Assembly: GCA_024640135.1 (NCBI GenBank)
Contig: JAHEFO010000001.1
Location: 10,035-61,443, forward strand
DNA length: 51,409 nucleotides
From: Acidobacteriota bacterium
GTDB taxonomy: Bacteria > Acidobacteriota > Vicinamibacteria > Vicinamibacterales > SCN-69-37
Reading direction: 5' to 3'
Shown: piece after piece, positions 9,065-16,255 of the stretch
Position numbering within the stretch: position 1 is the stretch's first letter
Layout of the letters: every line of letters starts with the position of its first letter
The notes under the pieces: generated by a model
What the model saw: the letters and a program-made list of their open reading frames with translations, nothing else
Database searches by the model: none
What the model was told of the DNA's origin: nothing
Made by a program: the position numbers and the translations under genes

Positions 9065-9771
9065 CGCGTCTTCGCCGGGCGAATCTCCACCTTGCTCGGC
9101 AGACTCCGGCTCGAGTGTTTCAGCAGATCGGCCACCGTCTGGGCGATGTCATCAGATGTCAGCTTCCACGAGTCGGCAGCCTGGTGGCCTGACGGCCCCA
9201 TGAATTCGGTGGCCACCGACCCCGGCATCACGACGCTGACACGAATGTCATCGTTGCGCACCTCGAGCATCATCGATTCCGTGAATGCCACCAGACCGGC
9301 CTTGGACGCGCAGTACGCACCACCGTTTGCAAAGTAATTCCGGCCGGCCAGACTCGCGATATTGATAATCCAGCCGCCGCCCGCCGCCCTGATCACCGGA
9401 ATAGCGGCACGCGAGCAATAGAAGACCCCGGTCAGGTTGGTGTCGATGACGCTGTGCCAATCTTCGTCGGTGGTCTTCTCGACCTCCGAAAACACGCCCA
9501 CGCCGGCGTTGTTGATCAGCGTGTTGAGGGAGCCGAACCTGGCAACAGTCTCAGCTACCATCACCTCGACGCTCGCCCGGTCACGCACGTCCACCGCCAG
9601 TCCGGCCAGGTGAGTGCCGTCCTTGGCAAAGGCCCCCAACTGCGCCAGGGCTTCGTTGACGCCGTCTTGAGATCGGCCGGTAATCATCACCCGGCTTCCG
9701 GATTCCAGCAGGGCCTTCGCAATGGCGTGTCCAATTCCCCTCGTGGCTCCGGTGACGATGGCTGTGTGCAT
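9061..9771 (-). CDS. SDR family oxidoreductase
   Basis: Start at MHTAIVTGATRGIGHAIA. NNAG and YCASK catalytic motifs are present. The upstream extension in the track ORF is low-complexity. Confidence 0.85.
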   Translation of the reverse strand: MHTAIVTGATRGIGHAIAKALLESGSRVMITGRSQDGVNEALAQLGAFAKDGTHLAGLAVDVRDRASVEVMVAETVARFGSLNTLINNAGVGVFSEVEKTTDEDWHSVIDTNLTGVFYCSRAAIPVIRAAGGGWIINIASLAGRNYFANGGAYCASKAGLVAFTESMMLEVRNDDIRVSVVMPGSVATEFMGPSGHQAADSWKLTSDDIAQTVADLLKHSSRSLPSKVEIRPAKTR

Positions 9772-9778
9772 CCTGTGA

Positions 9779-10936
9779 TTATGAGGCAGGCGTGGACCTG
9801 GTGACCAGATTGACGCGCGAGCCAAGCCGGGCCAGCAGCGTGCCCACGACCAGGCCGACAACGTAGCCGTACGGCAGGCCCACCGCAAGCAAGCCGACGA
9901 GGACGGCGATCGAAAAGTCGCGTCCAGCCGCCACCGTGTCACGGATGAGCCAGATGAGCGCCATCGCCTCGACGAGCAACAGCACGCCGAGGACCGGCAG
10001 CGGAAACACGCCGGCGATGTGATCGAAGCCCGCGCCAAAAAACAGGCCTGTCGTCAGGAACATCAAACCGTAGAGCACCACCGAGCCACCGGTGCGTCCT
10101 CCGAATGCGTAGTGACCGGCCATCCCGCCCGACCCGTGGCACGTGGGCACACCGCCGAACCAGGGATTGACGAGGTTCATCAGTGCGTAGGTAATCCCAA
10201 TCCTCCTGATCGTGAACCGGCGCTCGGGAAACAGGTCCTCCGTGAGCTGTCGGGTCGCCAGCACTGAGTTTCCCAGTGACAAGGGAATCTGGGGCACTGC
10301 CAGCAGCACAAAGCCGGTCAGGATATCCGTCAGTTGCGGCACGTGCATCGCCGGAAGGCGGAAGCCGAAATCCTGCGCCAACCGAGCTCCATCGAGCTGG
10401 AAAACGGCCGCATAGAGCACACCCAGCACGACGACCGGCAGGGCAGCCGGAAACCTGCGGTTCCCCAGCAAGAGCACGATCACCACAAACGCCAGGAAGG
10501 CCAGAATGTAGCCTGGCAAGCCGTCAGCCTGCACGTATCTGGCCAGGGCAATCGTCGCCAATTGCAGGCCGAGGCCGAACTGAATGCCTCGAATGACGCA
10601 CTTGGGAACGGTACGCGCCAGCCAGTCCAGGAGCCCGGTTACTGCGAGAATCAGCATGGCGACCCCGATCGCGAGGCCCGCGCCATAGAGAGTTGCTGCC
10701 GATGTTTGCTGCGCGATCACGATGGCGGCCATCGCCTTGAGCGGCTGAACCGGCATCGGCAGCCGATACGCGAGACCGGTGAGGATCTGCATCACGCCGA
10801 ACATCACCAGGACGCTGGTCCCATCGAGCTGCGCCGCCAGCGCGATGCCGACAAGCAGCGGCAAATCCGTGCCGATGTCCCCAAAGGCCCCGGCAAGTTC
10901 GTTGCGATCAAATCGAATGGCTGCAGCGGATTTCAC
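9779..10936 (-). CDS. Putative sulfate/molybdate transporter (MOT1-like, SulP-related)
   Basis: GTG start. The opening ELAGAFGDIGTDLPLL and the polytopic sequence resemble the MFS_MOT1 molybdate transporter family. Confidence 0.7.
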   Translation of the reverse strand: MKSAAAIRFDRNELAGAFGDIGTDLPLLVGIALAAQLDGTSVLVMFGVMQILTGLAYRLPMPVQPLKAMAAIVIAQQTSAATLYGAGLAIGVAMLILAVTGLLDWLARTVPKCVIRGIQFGLGLQLATIALARYVQADGLPGYILAFLAFVVIVLLLGNRRFPAALPVVVLGVLYAAVFQLDGARLAQDFGFRLPAMHVPQLTDILTGFVLLAVPQIPLSLGNSVLATRQLTEDLFPERRFTIRRIGITYALMNLVNPWFGGVPTCHGSGGMAGHYAFGGRTGGSVVLYGLMFLTTGLFFGAGFDHIAGVFPLPVLGVLLLVEAMALIWLIRDTVAAGRDFSIAVLVGLLAVGLPYGYVVGLVVGTLLARLGSRVNLVTRSTPAS

Positions 10937-10945
10937 GCGAACGCG

Positions 10946-10951
10946 ATTGTA
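10946..10951 (-). promoter_or_regulatory. Candidate -10 box TACAAT (minus strand), 9 nt upstream of the transporter GTG
   Basis: The reverse complement of ATTGTA reads TACAAT. There is no SD before the GTG at 10936. Confidence 0.4.
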
Positions 10952-10965
10952 CCGGAGGAACAGCT

Positions 10966-10971
10966 TAGAAT
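10966..10971 (+). promoter_or_regulatory. Candidate -10 box TAGAAT, 6 nt upstream of the MDH-like ATG
   Basis: The spacing places the predicted transcription start on the A of the ATG at 10978 (leaderless). Confidence 0.4.
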
Positions 10972-10977
10972 GGCCCG

Positions 10978-11820
10978 ATGTCGACCGTCGCCATTCTCGG
11001 AGCCGGGCCTATTGGCGCCAGCGTCGCACAGACCCTGGCTCGCAGGGCCCGCGTGCGCGATATCCGCGTGGTCGATGACGCGGCCGGAGTGGCGACCGGA
11101 AAAACGCTCGACATCCTCCAGTCAGGCCCTGTGGAGGGATGTGACGCCCGTGTCTCCGGAGCGACGGATCTTCTCTCTGCCGCTGGGGCCGACATCATCG
11201 TGATCGCCGATAGCCACGACGGCGGCGAATGGGAGGGAGACAAGGGGCTGGCCCTTCTCCGGAGGCTTGTGGCCGCCGGCGCGGCCGGCACGTTTGTGTT
11301 CGCCGGCCCGGGCCAGACGTGGCTCATGGAGGCCGTCGCGCGCGAACTCGGCGTGGCTGGCGACCGCATTCTCGGGACAGCCGCGGCCGCGCTTTCCGGG
11401 GCGATCCGCGGACTCACGGCGCTCGAGGTCAATGGGTCCGGCGCGGATGTCGCCGTCGTCGTCGCCGGACGGCCGCCGTCATTCGTGGTCGCATGGTCGA
11501 GCGCGACCCTCGGCGGAGCCCTCGTCACCGATGCGATCCCGGCCCACCGGCTGGTGGCCATTTCGAAACAGCTGAAGAAACTGTGGCCGGCCGGACCCTA
11601 TGCGATTGCCGCCGCCACGGCGCCGGCCGTCGAGGGACTCCTGGCAGGCACGCGAGCCCACATTCCCGCAATGACCATCGTCGACAGGGAGTGGGACGTG
11701 CGAGGTCGCGCGGTCTTGCTGCCACTGACCCTCGGGAATGGCCGCGTGCTCGCGCGGCACACGCCATCGTTGAGCCGCCAGGAGCGAGTGGACTTGATGA
11801 ACGCGATCGCGCGCGACTGA
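10978..11820 (+). CDS. Lactate/malate dehydrogenase-like protein, apparently non-catalytic
   Basis: It aligns end to end with LDH-type MDHs (ILGAGPIG Rossmann, VVDD, GKTLDILQSGPVEG), but the catalytic motifs are replaced (see findings). Confidence 0.8.
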   Translation: MSTVAILGAGPIGASVAQTLARRARVRDIRVVDDAAGVATGKTLDILQSGPVEGCDARVSGATDLLSAAGADIIVIADSHDGGEWEGDKGLALLRRLVAAGAAGTFVFAGPGQTWLMEAVARELGVAGDRILGTAAAALSGAIRGLTALEVNGSGADVAVVVAGRPPSFVVAWSSATLGGALVTDAIPAHRLVAISKQLKKLWPAGPYAIAAATAPAVEGLLAGTRAHIPAMTIVDREWDVRGRAVLLPLTLGNGRVLARHTPSLSRQERVDLMNAIARD

Positions 11821-11835
11821 AGGCGACCGCGCCCG

Positions 11836-12492
11836 TCAGCCCTTGGCGAAGACCACGCCAAACCCGCGCACAATTGCGTCTTCGACCTCATCCATCGGCA
11901 CGACGCGGCCCAATTCCGCCTCCATCGAAGTGACGGCCCTGCCGACGATGCCGCAGGGCACGATGAGTTGGAAGTGACGCAGGTCCGTAGTGACATTGAG
12001 CGCCAGGCCATGGCTGGTGATCCATCGGCTGATGCGAACGCCAATGGCCGCAATCTTCCGTTCCTGGCCCGTCTCCCCGACCCACACGCCTGACAACCCC
12101 TTGACGCGCGTGCCCGCGATGCCGAATTCCCGCAGGACCGCGATCAGGACGCTTTCGAGATCCCGCACATAGCGATGCACGTCACACCGGTCGGGTTTGA
12201 GATCGAAAATGGGATACGCCACCACTTGTCCCGGGCCGTGGTAGGTGACATCGCCGCCCCGCCCGGCCTCATGCACGGTCACGTTCTGGCGCGCAAGCTC
12301 CTCATCCGAAGCGACGATGTGTGTCGGCCCGTGGCGCGTCCTGGCACCGAGCGTGATGACCGGAGGATGTTCGAGCAGGAGCAGCGTGTCGCCGATGCGG
12401 CCGGCACGCCGATCCTCGACCAGCGTCGCCTGCAGGTCAAGGCCGTCCGGGTACGCCAGGTGACCCAGACGGCGCACGTCGATCTCAGTCAT
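11836..12492 (-). CDS. lipB: Lipoyl(octanoyl) transferase
   Basis: RGGDVTYHGPGQ, KIAAIGVR and PCGI motifs are present, with typical 218-aa length. It lies downstream of E2/E3. Confidence 0.9.
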   Translation of the reverse strand: MTEIDVRRLGHLAYPDGLDLQATLVEDRRAGRIGDTLLLLEHPPVITLGARTRHGPTHIVASDEELARQNVTVHEAGRGGDVTYHGPGQVVAYPIFDLKPDRCDVHRYVRDLESVLIAVLREFGIAGTRVKGLSGVWVGETGQERKIAAIGVRISRWITSHGLALNVTTDLRHFQLIVPCGIVGRAVTSMEAELGRVVPMDEVEDAIVRGFGVVFAKG

Positions 12493-12555
12493 CTGAGGTT
12501 CCCTGGGCTGCTAGACCCAGCTCTCGTCGAAGTCCTGCAGCCGTTCCTTGAGCGC

Positions 12556-13803
12556 CTACAGGAACCGGCCCGCGTCGGCGCCATCGATGAGCCGATGGTC
12601 GTATCCCAGCGTCAGGTGGCACATGGGCCGAATGGCGATCATGTCATCGACCACCACGACCCGCTTGTCGACACTGCCGACGCCGAGAATGGCCACCTGC
12701 GGCTGACTGATGATCGGCAGTCCGAACACGGCGCCAAAAATGCCTGGGTTCGTGATGGTGAAGGTGCCGGCCTGCACCTCCTCAGGTTTGAGCTGCTTGC
12801 TTCGCGCCCGGCCCGACAAGTCCTGGATGGCCCGGCACAAGCCAAGCATGTTCTTCTCGTCGGCATTCCTGATGACCGGCACGATCAGTCCCTGGTCAAG
12901 CGCAACGGCAATACCAAGATTGATGTCCCGTTTGTAGACGATGTTGTCGCCGTCGATAGATGCGTTCGAGAAGGGGAACTGCCGGATGGTGTCCACCGTG
13001 GCTTTCGCAATGAACGCCGTGTAGGTCAGCCTGGCGCCCGCCGCCTCGTACTCAGCCTTTCGTTTCCTGCGGATTTCGTCGACTCGTCCGAAGTCCACCT
13101 CGTACGCCGAATAGACATGCGGTGACGTGCGGATGCTCGACACCATGTGTTCGCCAATCTTCTTGCGCATGATGCCCATGGCTTCGATACGCACGTCTTC
13201 CCCGGGCGCGAACACCGGTTTCGCGGCAGGAACCGCCGGGGCGCTGGTCGAAGCCGCCTTCGGCGCCGCCGCAGCCGTGGCCGCCCCACTCTCGATATAA
13301 CTGAGAATGTCCTTCTTGGTGACCCGGCCGGAGACGCCGGTCCCGGTCACTTGACGCAAGTCGATGCCGTGTTCCTTGGCGATGTTCCGGACCACGGGTG
13401 ACGACTTCGTGCGCAGGCGAGACTCGAGGTCGTTGGCGTCTCCGGTGTTCGCGCCCGGCGAAGCAACCGCCGCTGGAGGTGCTGCAACTGCGCCAGGACC
13501 TGGAGCGTCAACTGGTTCTGCAGGGGGCGCCGGGGCCGCCGCTGCGGCAGGGGCCGCCTTCTCTCCCGCGCCGCCAATCAACGCGACAACGCTGTTGACG
13601 GGCACCGTCTCGCCTTCCTTGACCTTGATCTCCATCAGGACGCCCGCGCCGGGCGACGGGATCTCAGCGTCCACCTTGTCAGTCGAAATCTCGAACAGCG
13701 GCTCGTCGCGATCGATTGCGTCGCCGACCTTTTTGATCCAACGGACGATGGTGCCTTCCGCGATCGACTCGCCCATCTGGGGCATCACAACTTCGGTTGC
13801 CAT
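12556..13803 (-). CDS. Dihydrolipoamide acyltransferase (E2 of a 2-oxoacid dehydrogenase complex), ended by an in-frame TAG before the conserved tail
   Basis: Contains a lipoyl domain (EISTDKVDAEIPS), Ala/Pro linkers, a peripheral subunit-binding domain (SPVVRNIAKEHGIDL) and a catalytic domain with DHRLIDGADAGRFL. The frame continues after the TAG as ALKERLQDFDESWV to a second TAG at 12511-12513. Confidence 0.9.
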   Translation of the reverse strand: MATEVVMPQMGESIAEGTIVRWIKKVGDAIDRDEPLFEISTDKVDAEIPSPGAGVLMEIKVKEGETVPVNSVVALIGGAGEKAAPAAAAAPAPPAEPVDAPGPGAVAAPPAAVASPGANTGDANDLESRLRTKSSPVVRNIAKEHGIDLRQVTGTGVSGRVTKKDILSYIESGAATAAAAPKAASTSAPAVPAAKPVFAPGEDVRIEAMGIMRKKIGEHMVSSIRTSPHVYSAYEVDFGRVDEIRRKRKAEYEAAGARLTYTAFIAKATVDTIRQFPFSNASIDGDNIVYKRDINLGIAVALDQGLIVPVIRNADEKNMLGLCRAIQDLSGRARSKQLKPEEVQAGTFTITNPGIFGAVFGLPIISQPQVAILGVGSVDKRVVVVDDMIAIRPMCHLTLGYDHRLIDGADAGRFL

Positions 13804-13852
13804 TTCTTCCTCACTTCATCATGGGCCCGCTGCCCGCGGACCCCACGGACCG

Positions 13853-15274
13853 CTACATATGAATAGCCGCTCCGTGCGCGGCATGTGCCGCCTCACCTAC
13901 CGCCTCGGACATCGTCGGATGCGCATGAATGGTGCGGATGAGCTCCTCGACCGTGCATTCAAGTCTGAGGGCCACCCCGGCTTCCGCGACCAATTCCGTC
14001 GCACGAGGGCCAATCATGTGCACCCCCAGCAGTTCGTCGTACTTCTTCTCGGCAACGATCTTCACGAAACCTTCAGGTTCGTTGGCGATCTTCGCGCGCC
14101 CCAGAACACCAAACGGAAACTGGCCAACCCTCACGTCATAACCCCGCGCGACCGCTTCCTGTTCGGTCAGGCCGATGCTGCCAATCTCCGGATCGCAGTA
14201 GGTGCAGCCTGGCACCTGATCGTAGTTGATCGGCTTCACATCGAGGCCGGCGATGCGTTCGGCGAGAAGAATGCCCTCCGCCGATGAGAGGTGAGCCAGT
14301 TGCGGATGGACACCCGTGCCCATGGTGATGACATCACCAACGGCGGAGATGCTCGGCACGTTGGTCCGGAACAACGGGTCGACCTTGATGTAGCCGCGTT
14401 CCATCTCCAGACCCAGGTCTTCGGCGCCCAGGCCATCGGTCACCGGGCCACGACCGGTGGCCACCAGCAACTTGTCGACCGTAATCGACTCGACCTTGCC
14501 GTCGGCCCCCGCCATTTCGATCACCACGCTGCCGTCCTTCACGACGGCCGACGTGACCTTGGTTCCTGTCCTGGCCGCAATGCCCCGCTTCTTGAACGCT
14601 TTCGCCAACTCGGCGGAGACCGCTTCATCCTCGTTCGGCACCAGGCGCGGCAGGAGTTCGATGATGGTGACCGCGCTGCCAAAGCGCCGATAGATCGACG
14701 CGAACTCGACCCCCACGGCGCCACTGCCCATGATGGCGAGCGAGCCGGGCACCTCAGGCAACGCAATCGCGTCATCGCTGGTGATGATGTGCGTGTGATC
14801 GAGTTCGATTCCCGGCACGCTTCGCGCGTAGGAGCCCGTCGCCACGATGATTTCCTTCGCGCGAAGGGCCGTGACCTCACCCTCAGACGAGGTGACGTGC
14901 ACCTGGGCTCCCTTGCCCAGGCGTGCGGTCCCCTTGATCCAGTCGATCTTGTTCTTCTTGAAGAGGAACTCGACGCCCTTGGTCAAGCCGGTCACGACCC
15001 TGGTGCGCCGTGCGTGCACCTGCGCCATGTCGATGGACGGCTTGACGTCGCCCAGCACGATGCCCCACACCTTGGCGTCCTGGGCGATCTTGAGGGCGTG
15101 AGCGTGTTCCAGCAGTGCCTTGGTGGGAATACAACCCCAATTGAGGCAGGTGCCGCCCAGGACCGGCTGCCGCTCGACCACTGCCGTCTTGAGGCCCAAC
15201 TGCGACGCACGGATCGCGGCGACATATCCGCCGGTTCCTGCGCCGATGACTACAACATCGTATTCGTGTGCCAC
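13853..15274 (-). CDS. lpdA: Dihydrolipoyl dehydrogenase (E3)
   Basis: GTG start preceded by GGGGTGGA. Has GAGTGGY FAD motif, the redox disulfide GGTCLNWGCIPTK and the C-terminal HAHPT interface motif. Confidence 0.92.
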   Translation of the reverse strand: MAHEYDVVVIGAGTGGYVAAIRASQLGLKTAVVERQPVLGGTCLNWGCIPTKALLEHAHALKIAQDAKVWGIVLGDVKPSIDMAQVHARRTRVVTGLTKGVEFLFKKNKIDWIKGTARLGKGAQVHVTSSEGEVTALRAKEIIVATGSYARSVPGIELDHTHIITSDDAIALPEVPGSLAIMGSGAVGVEFASIYRRFGSAVTIIELLPRLVPNEDEAVSAELAKAFKKRGIAARTGTKVTSAVVKDGSVVIEMAGADGKVESITVDKLLVATGRGPVTDGLGAEDLGLEMERGYIKVDPLFRTNVPSISAVGDVITMGTGVHPQLAHLSSAEGILLAERIAGLDVKPINYDQVPGCTYCDPEIGSIGLTEQEAVARGYDVRVGQFPFGVLGRAKIANEPEGFVKIVAEKKYDELLGVHMIGPRATELVAEAGVALRLECTVEELIRTIHAHPTMSEAVGEAAHAAHGAAIHM

Positions 15275-15298
15275 GCTTCGTCCACCCCGTACGGTAAC

Positions 15299-15342
15299 AA
15301 AAAAAAAGACACCCGTGGGCCAGCGTGTCGCCGGACCACGGG
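15299..15342 (-). terminator. Rho-independent terminator downstream of the HU gene
   Basis: On the minus strand the sequence reads CCCGTGG-(16 nt)-CCACGGG, then TGTC and a run of nine T. A second hairpin sits at about 15353-15372, just after the HU stop. Confidence 0.7.
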
Positions 15343-15392
15343 CGTCAACTCCGCTGCCGCATGCGGGGCAGCTGGCCGTCGCGCGGCCGCCG

Positions 15393-15692
15393 CTACTTAC
15401 GTGGAAGTACGGCGTCCTTGAGCTGTTTGGCGATCCGAGCCTTCACGACGGTCTTGGCTGGGATCTTGATCGTCTCGCCTGTTGCCGGGTTGCGGCCATC
15501 ACGCGCCTTGCGATTCTGCACAACCAGCTTGCACATACCTGGAACGGAAAACTCGCCTGCCCGCTTCAGTTCCTTCTCGGACAACACGAGCAACTCCTCA
15601 AAGAGGTCCCGCACCATCGTGCGCTTCAAATCAAACTTGTCTGCGAAGTGCGCGAACAACTCCATCTTGCCCATGCGTCTGGCGTCTGCCAT
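15393..15692 (-). CDS. HU-family nucleoid-associated DNA-binding protein
   Basis: 99 aa with the HU/IHF arm motif RKARDGRNPATGETIKIPA. GGAG lies 8 nt upstream of the ATG. Alternative starts exist at MGKMELF and MELF. Confidence 0.85.
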   Translation of the reverse strand: MADARRMGKMELFAHFADKFDLKRTMVRDLFEELLVLSEKELKRAGEFSVPGMCKLVVQNRKARDGRNPATGETIKIPAKTVVKARIAKQLKDAVLPRK

Positions 15693-15747
15693 CGTTTTCT
15701 CCAGTCCTAAATCCGGGAATCAGCTCCCTTGCACGATCGCGGCGGGT

Positions 15748-15778
15748 ATCGTAGCCCTCCCCCCCCGGTCAGTGTCAA
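15748..15778 (-). promoter_or_regulatory. Candidate sigma70-type promoter of the HU gene (TTGACA-N19-TACGAT)
   Basis: On the minus strand there is a perfect -35 TTGACA (15778-15773) and TACGAT (15753-15748). The 19-nt spacer contains a G8 run (C8 on the plus strand, 15759-15766). Confidence 0.35.
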
Positions 15779-15788
15779 TCTTTCCGTC

Positions 15789-15794
15789 TACAAT
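15789..15794 (+). promoter_or_regulatory. Candidate -10 box TACAAT, 6 nt upstream of the queF ATG
   Basis: The spacing predicts a leaderless queF transcript. No SD is present. Confidence 0.4.
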
Positions 15795-15800
15795 ACCAGC

Positions 15801-16145
15801 ATGAGCGCCTCGCTCGACACGTTTCCGAATCCTCGTCCCGAGCGAGATTACCAGATTGACATACGCTGCCCGGAGTTCACGTCAATGTGCCCGAAGACGG
15901 GGTTGCCGGACTTTGGCGAAATCCGAATCCAGTATGTGCCGGACCAGGTCTGCCTCGAACTCAAGGCCCTGAAGTACTACATGCTTGACTATCGGAACCA
16001 GGGCATCTTCTACGAGGCGGCGACGAACAAGATCCTGGACGACCTCGTCAAGGCCTGCCAGCCACGCCAAATGACGGTCACAGGCGCATTTACGGCCCGC
16101 GGCGGCATCACGACCACGGTCGTCGCCTCTCACGAGTCCCGCTGA
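15801..16145 (+). CDS. queF: NADPH-dependent 7-cyano-7-deazaguanine reductase (type I QueF)
   Basis: 114 aa from MSASLDTF. Has the catalytic Cys context CPKTGLPDF and the QueF motif ELKALKYY. Confidence 0.9.
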   Translation: MSASLDTFPNPRPERDYQIDIRCPEFTSMCPKTGLPDFGEIRIQYVPDQVCLELKALKYYMLDYRNQGIFYEAATNKILDDLVKACQPRQMTVTGAFTARGGITTTVVASHESR

Positions 16146-16255
16146 GGCTGGCCTCTCCCTTGCTTTCCTAGAGGCGCGGCGTCGCGTACCCGGCGGTATC
16201 GACAAGCCCGGGTGGCAGATTCCGCAATACCCCGCGCCTCGGGGAGTGGCAGAAG

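Noticed and set aside
12556-12558. Genome-wide reassignment of TAG as a sense codon
   Set aside because: TAG terminates several genes at family-typical C termini in this same window (5846-5848, 9062-9064, 37053-37055, 41884-41886, 48260-48262). A local mutation, sequencing error or local readthrough is more plausible.
15693-15800. preQ1 riboswitch upstream of queF
   Set aside because: I could not find the compact preQ1-I/II consensus hairpin with its A-rich tail. The predicted promoter leaves essentially no 5' UTR.
16146-16255. Direct repeats or att-like sequences flanking the helicase-methyltransferase block
   Set aside because: I compared 16146-16255 with 21709-21864 by eye and found no shared repeat of about 10 nt or more. 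There is also no integrase, transposase or tRNA gene nearby, so a classical mobile element cannot be claimed.
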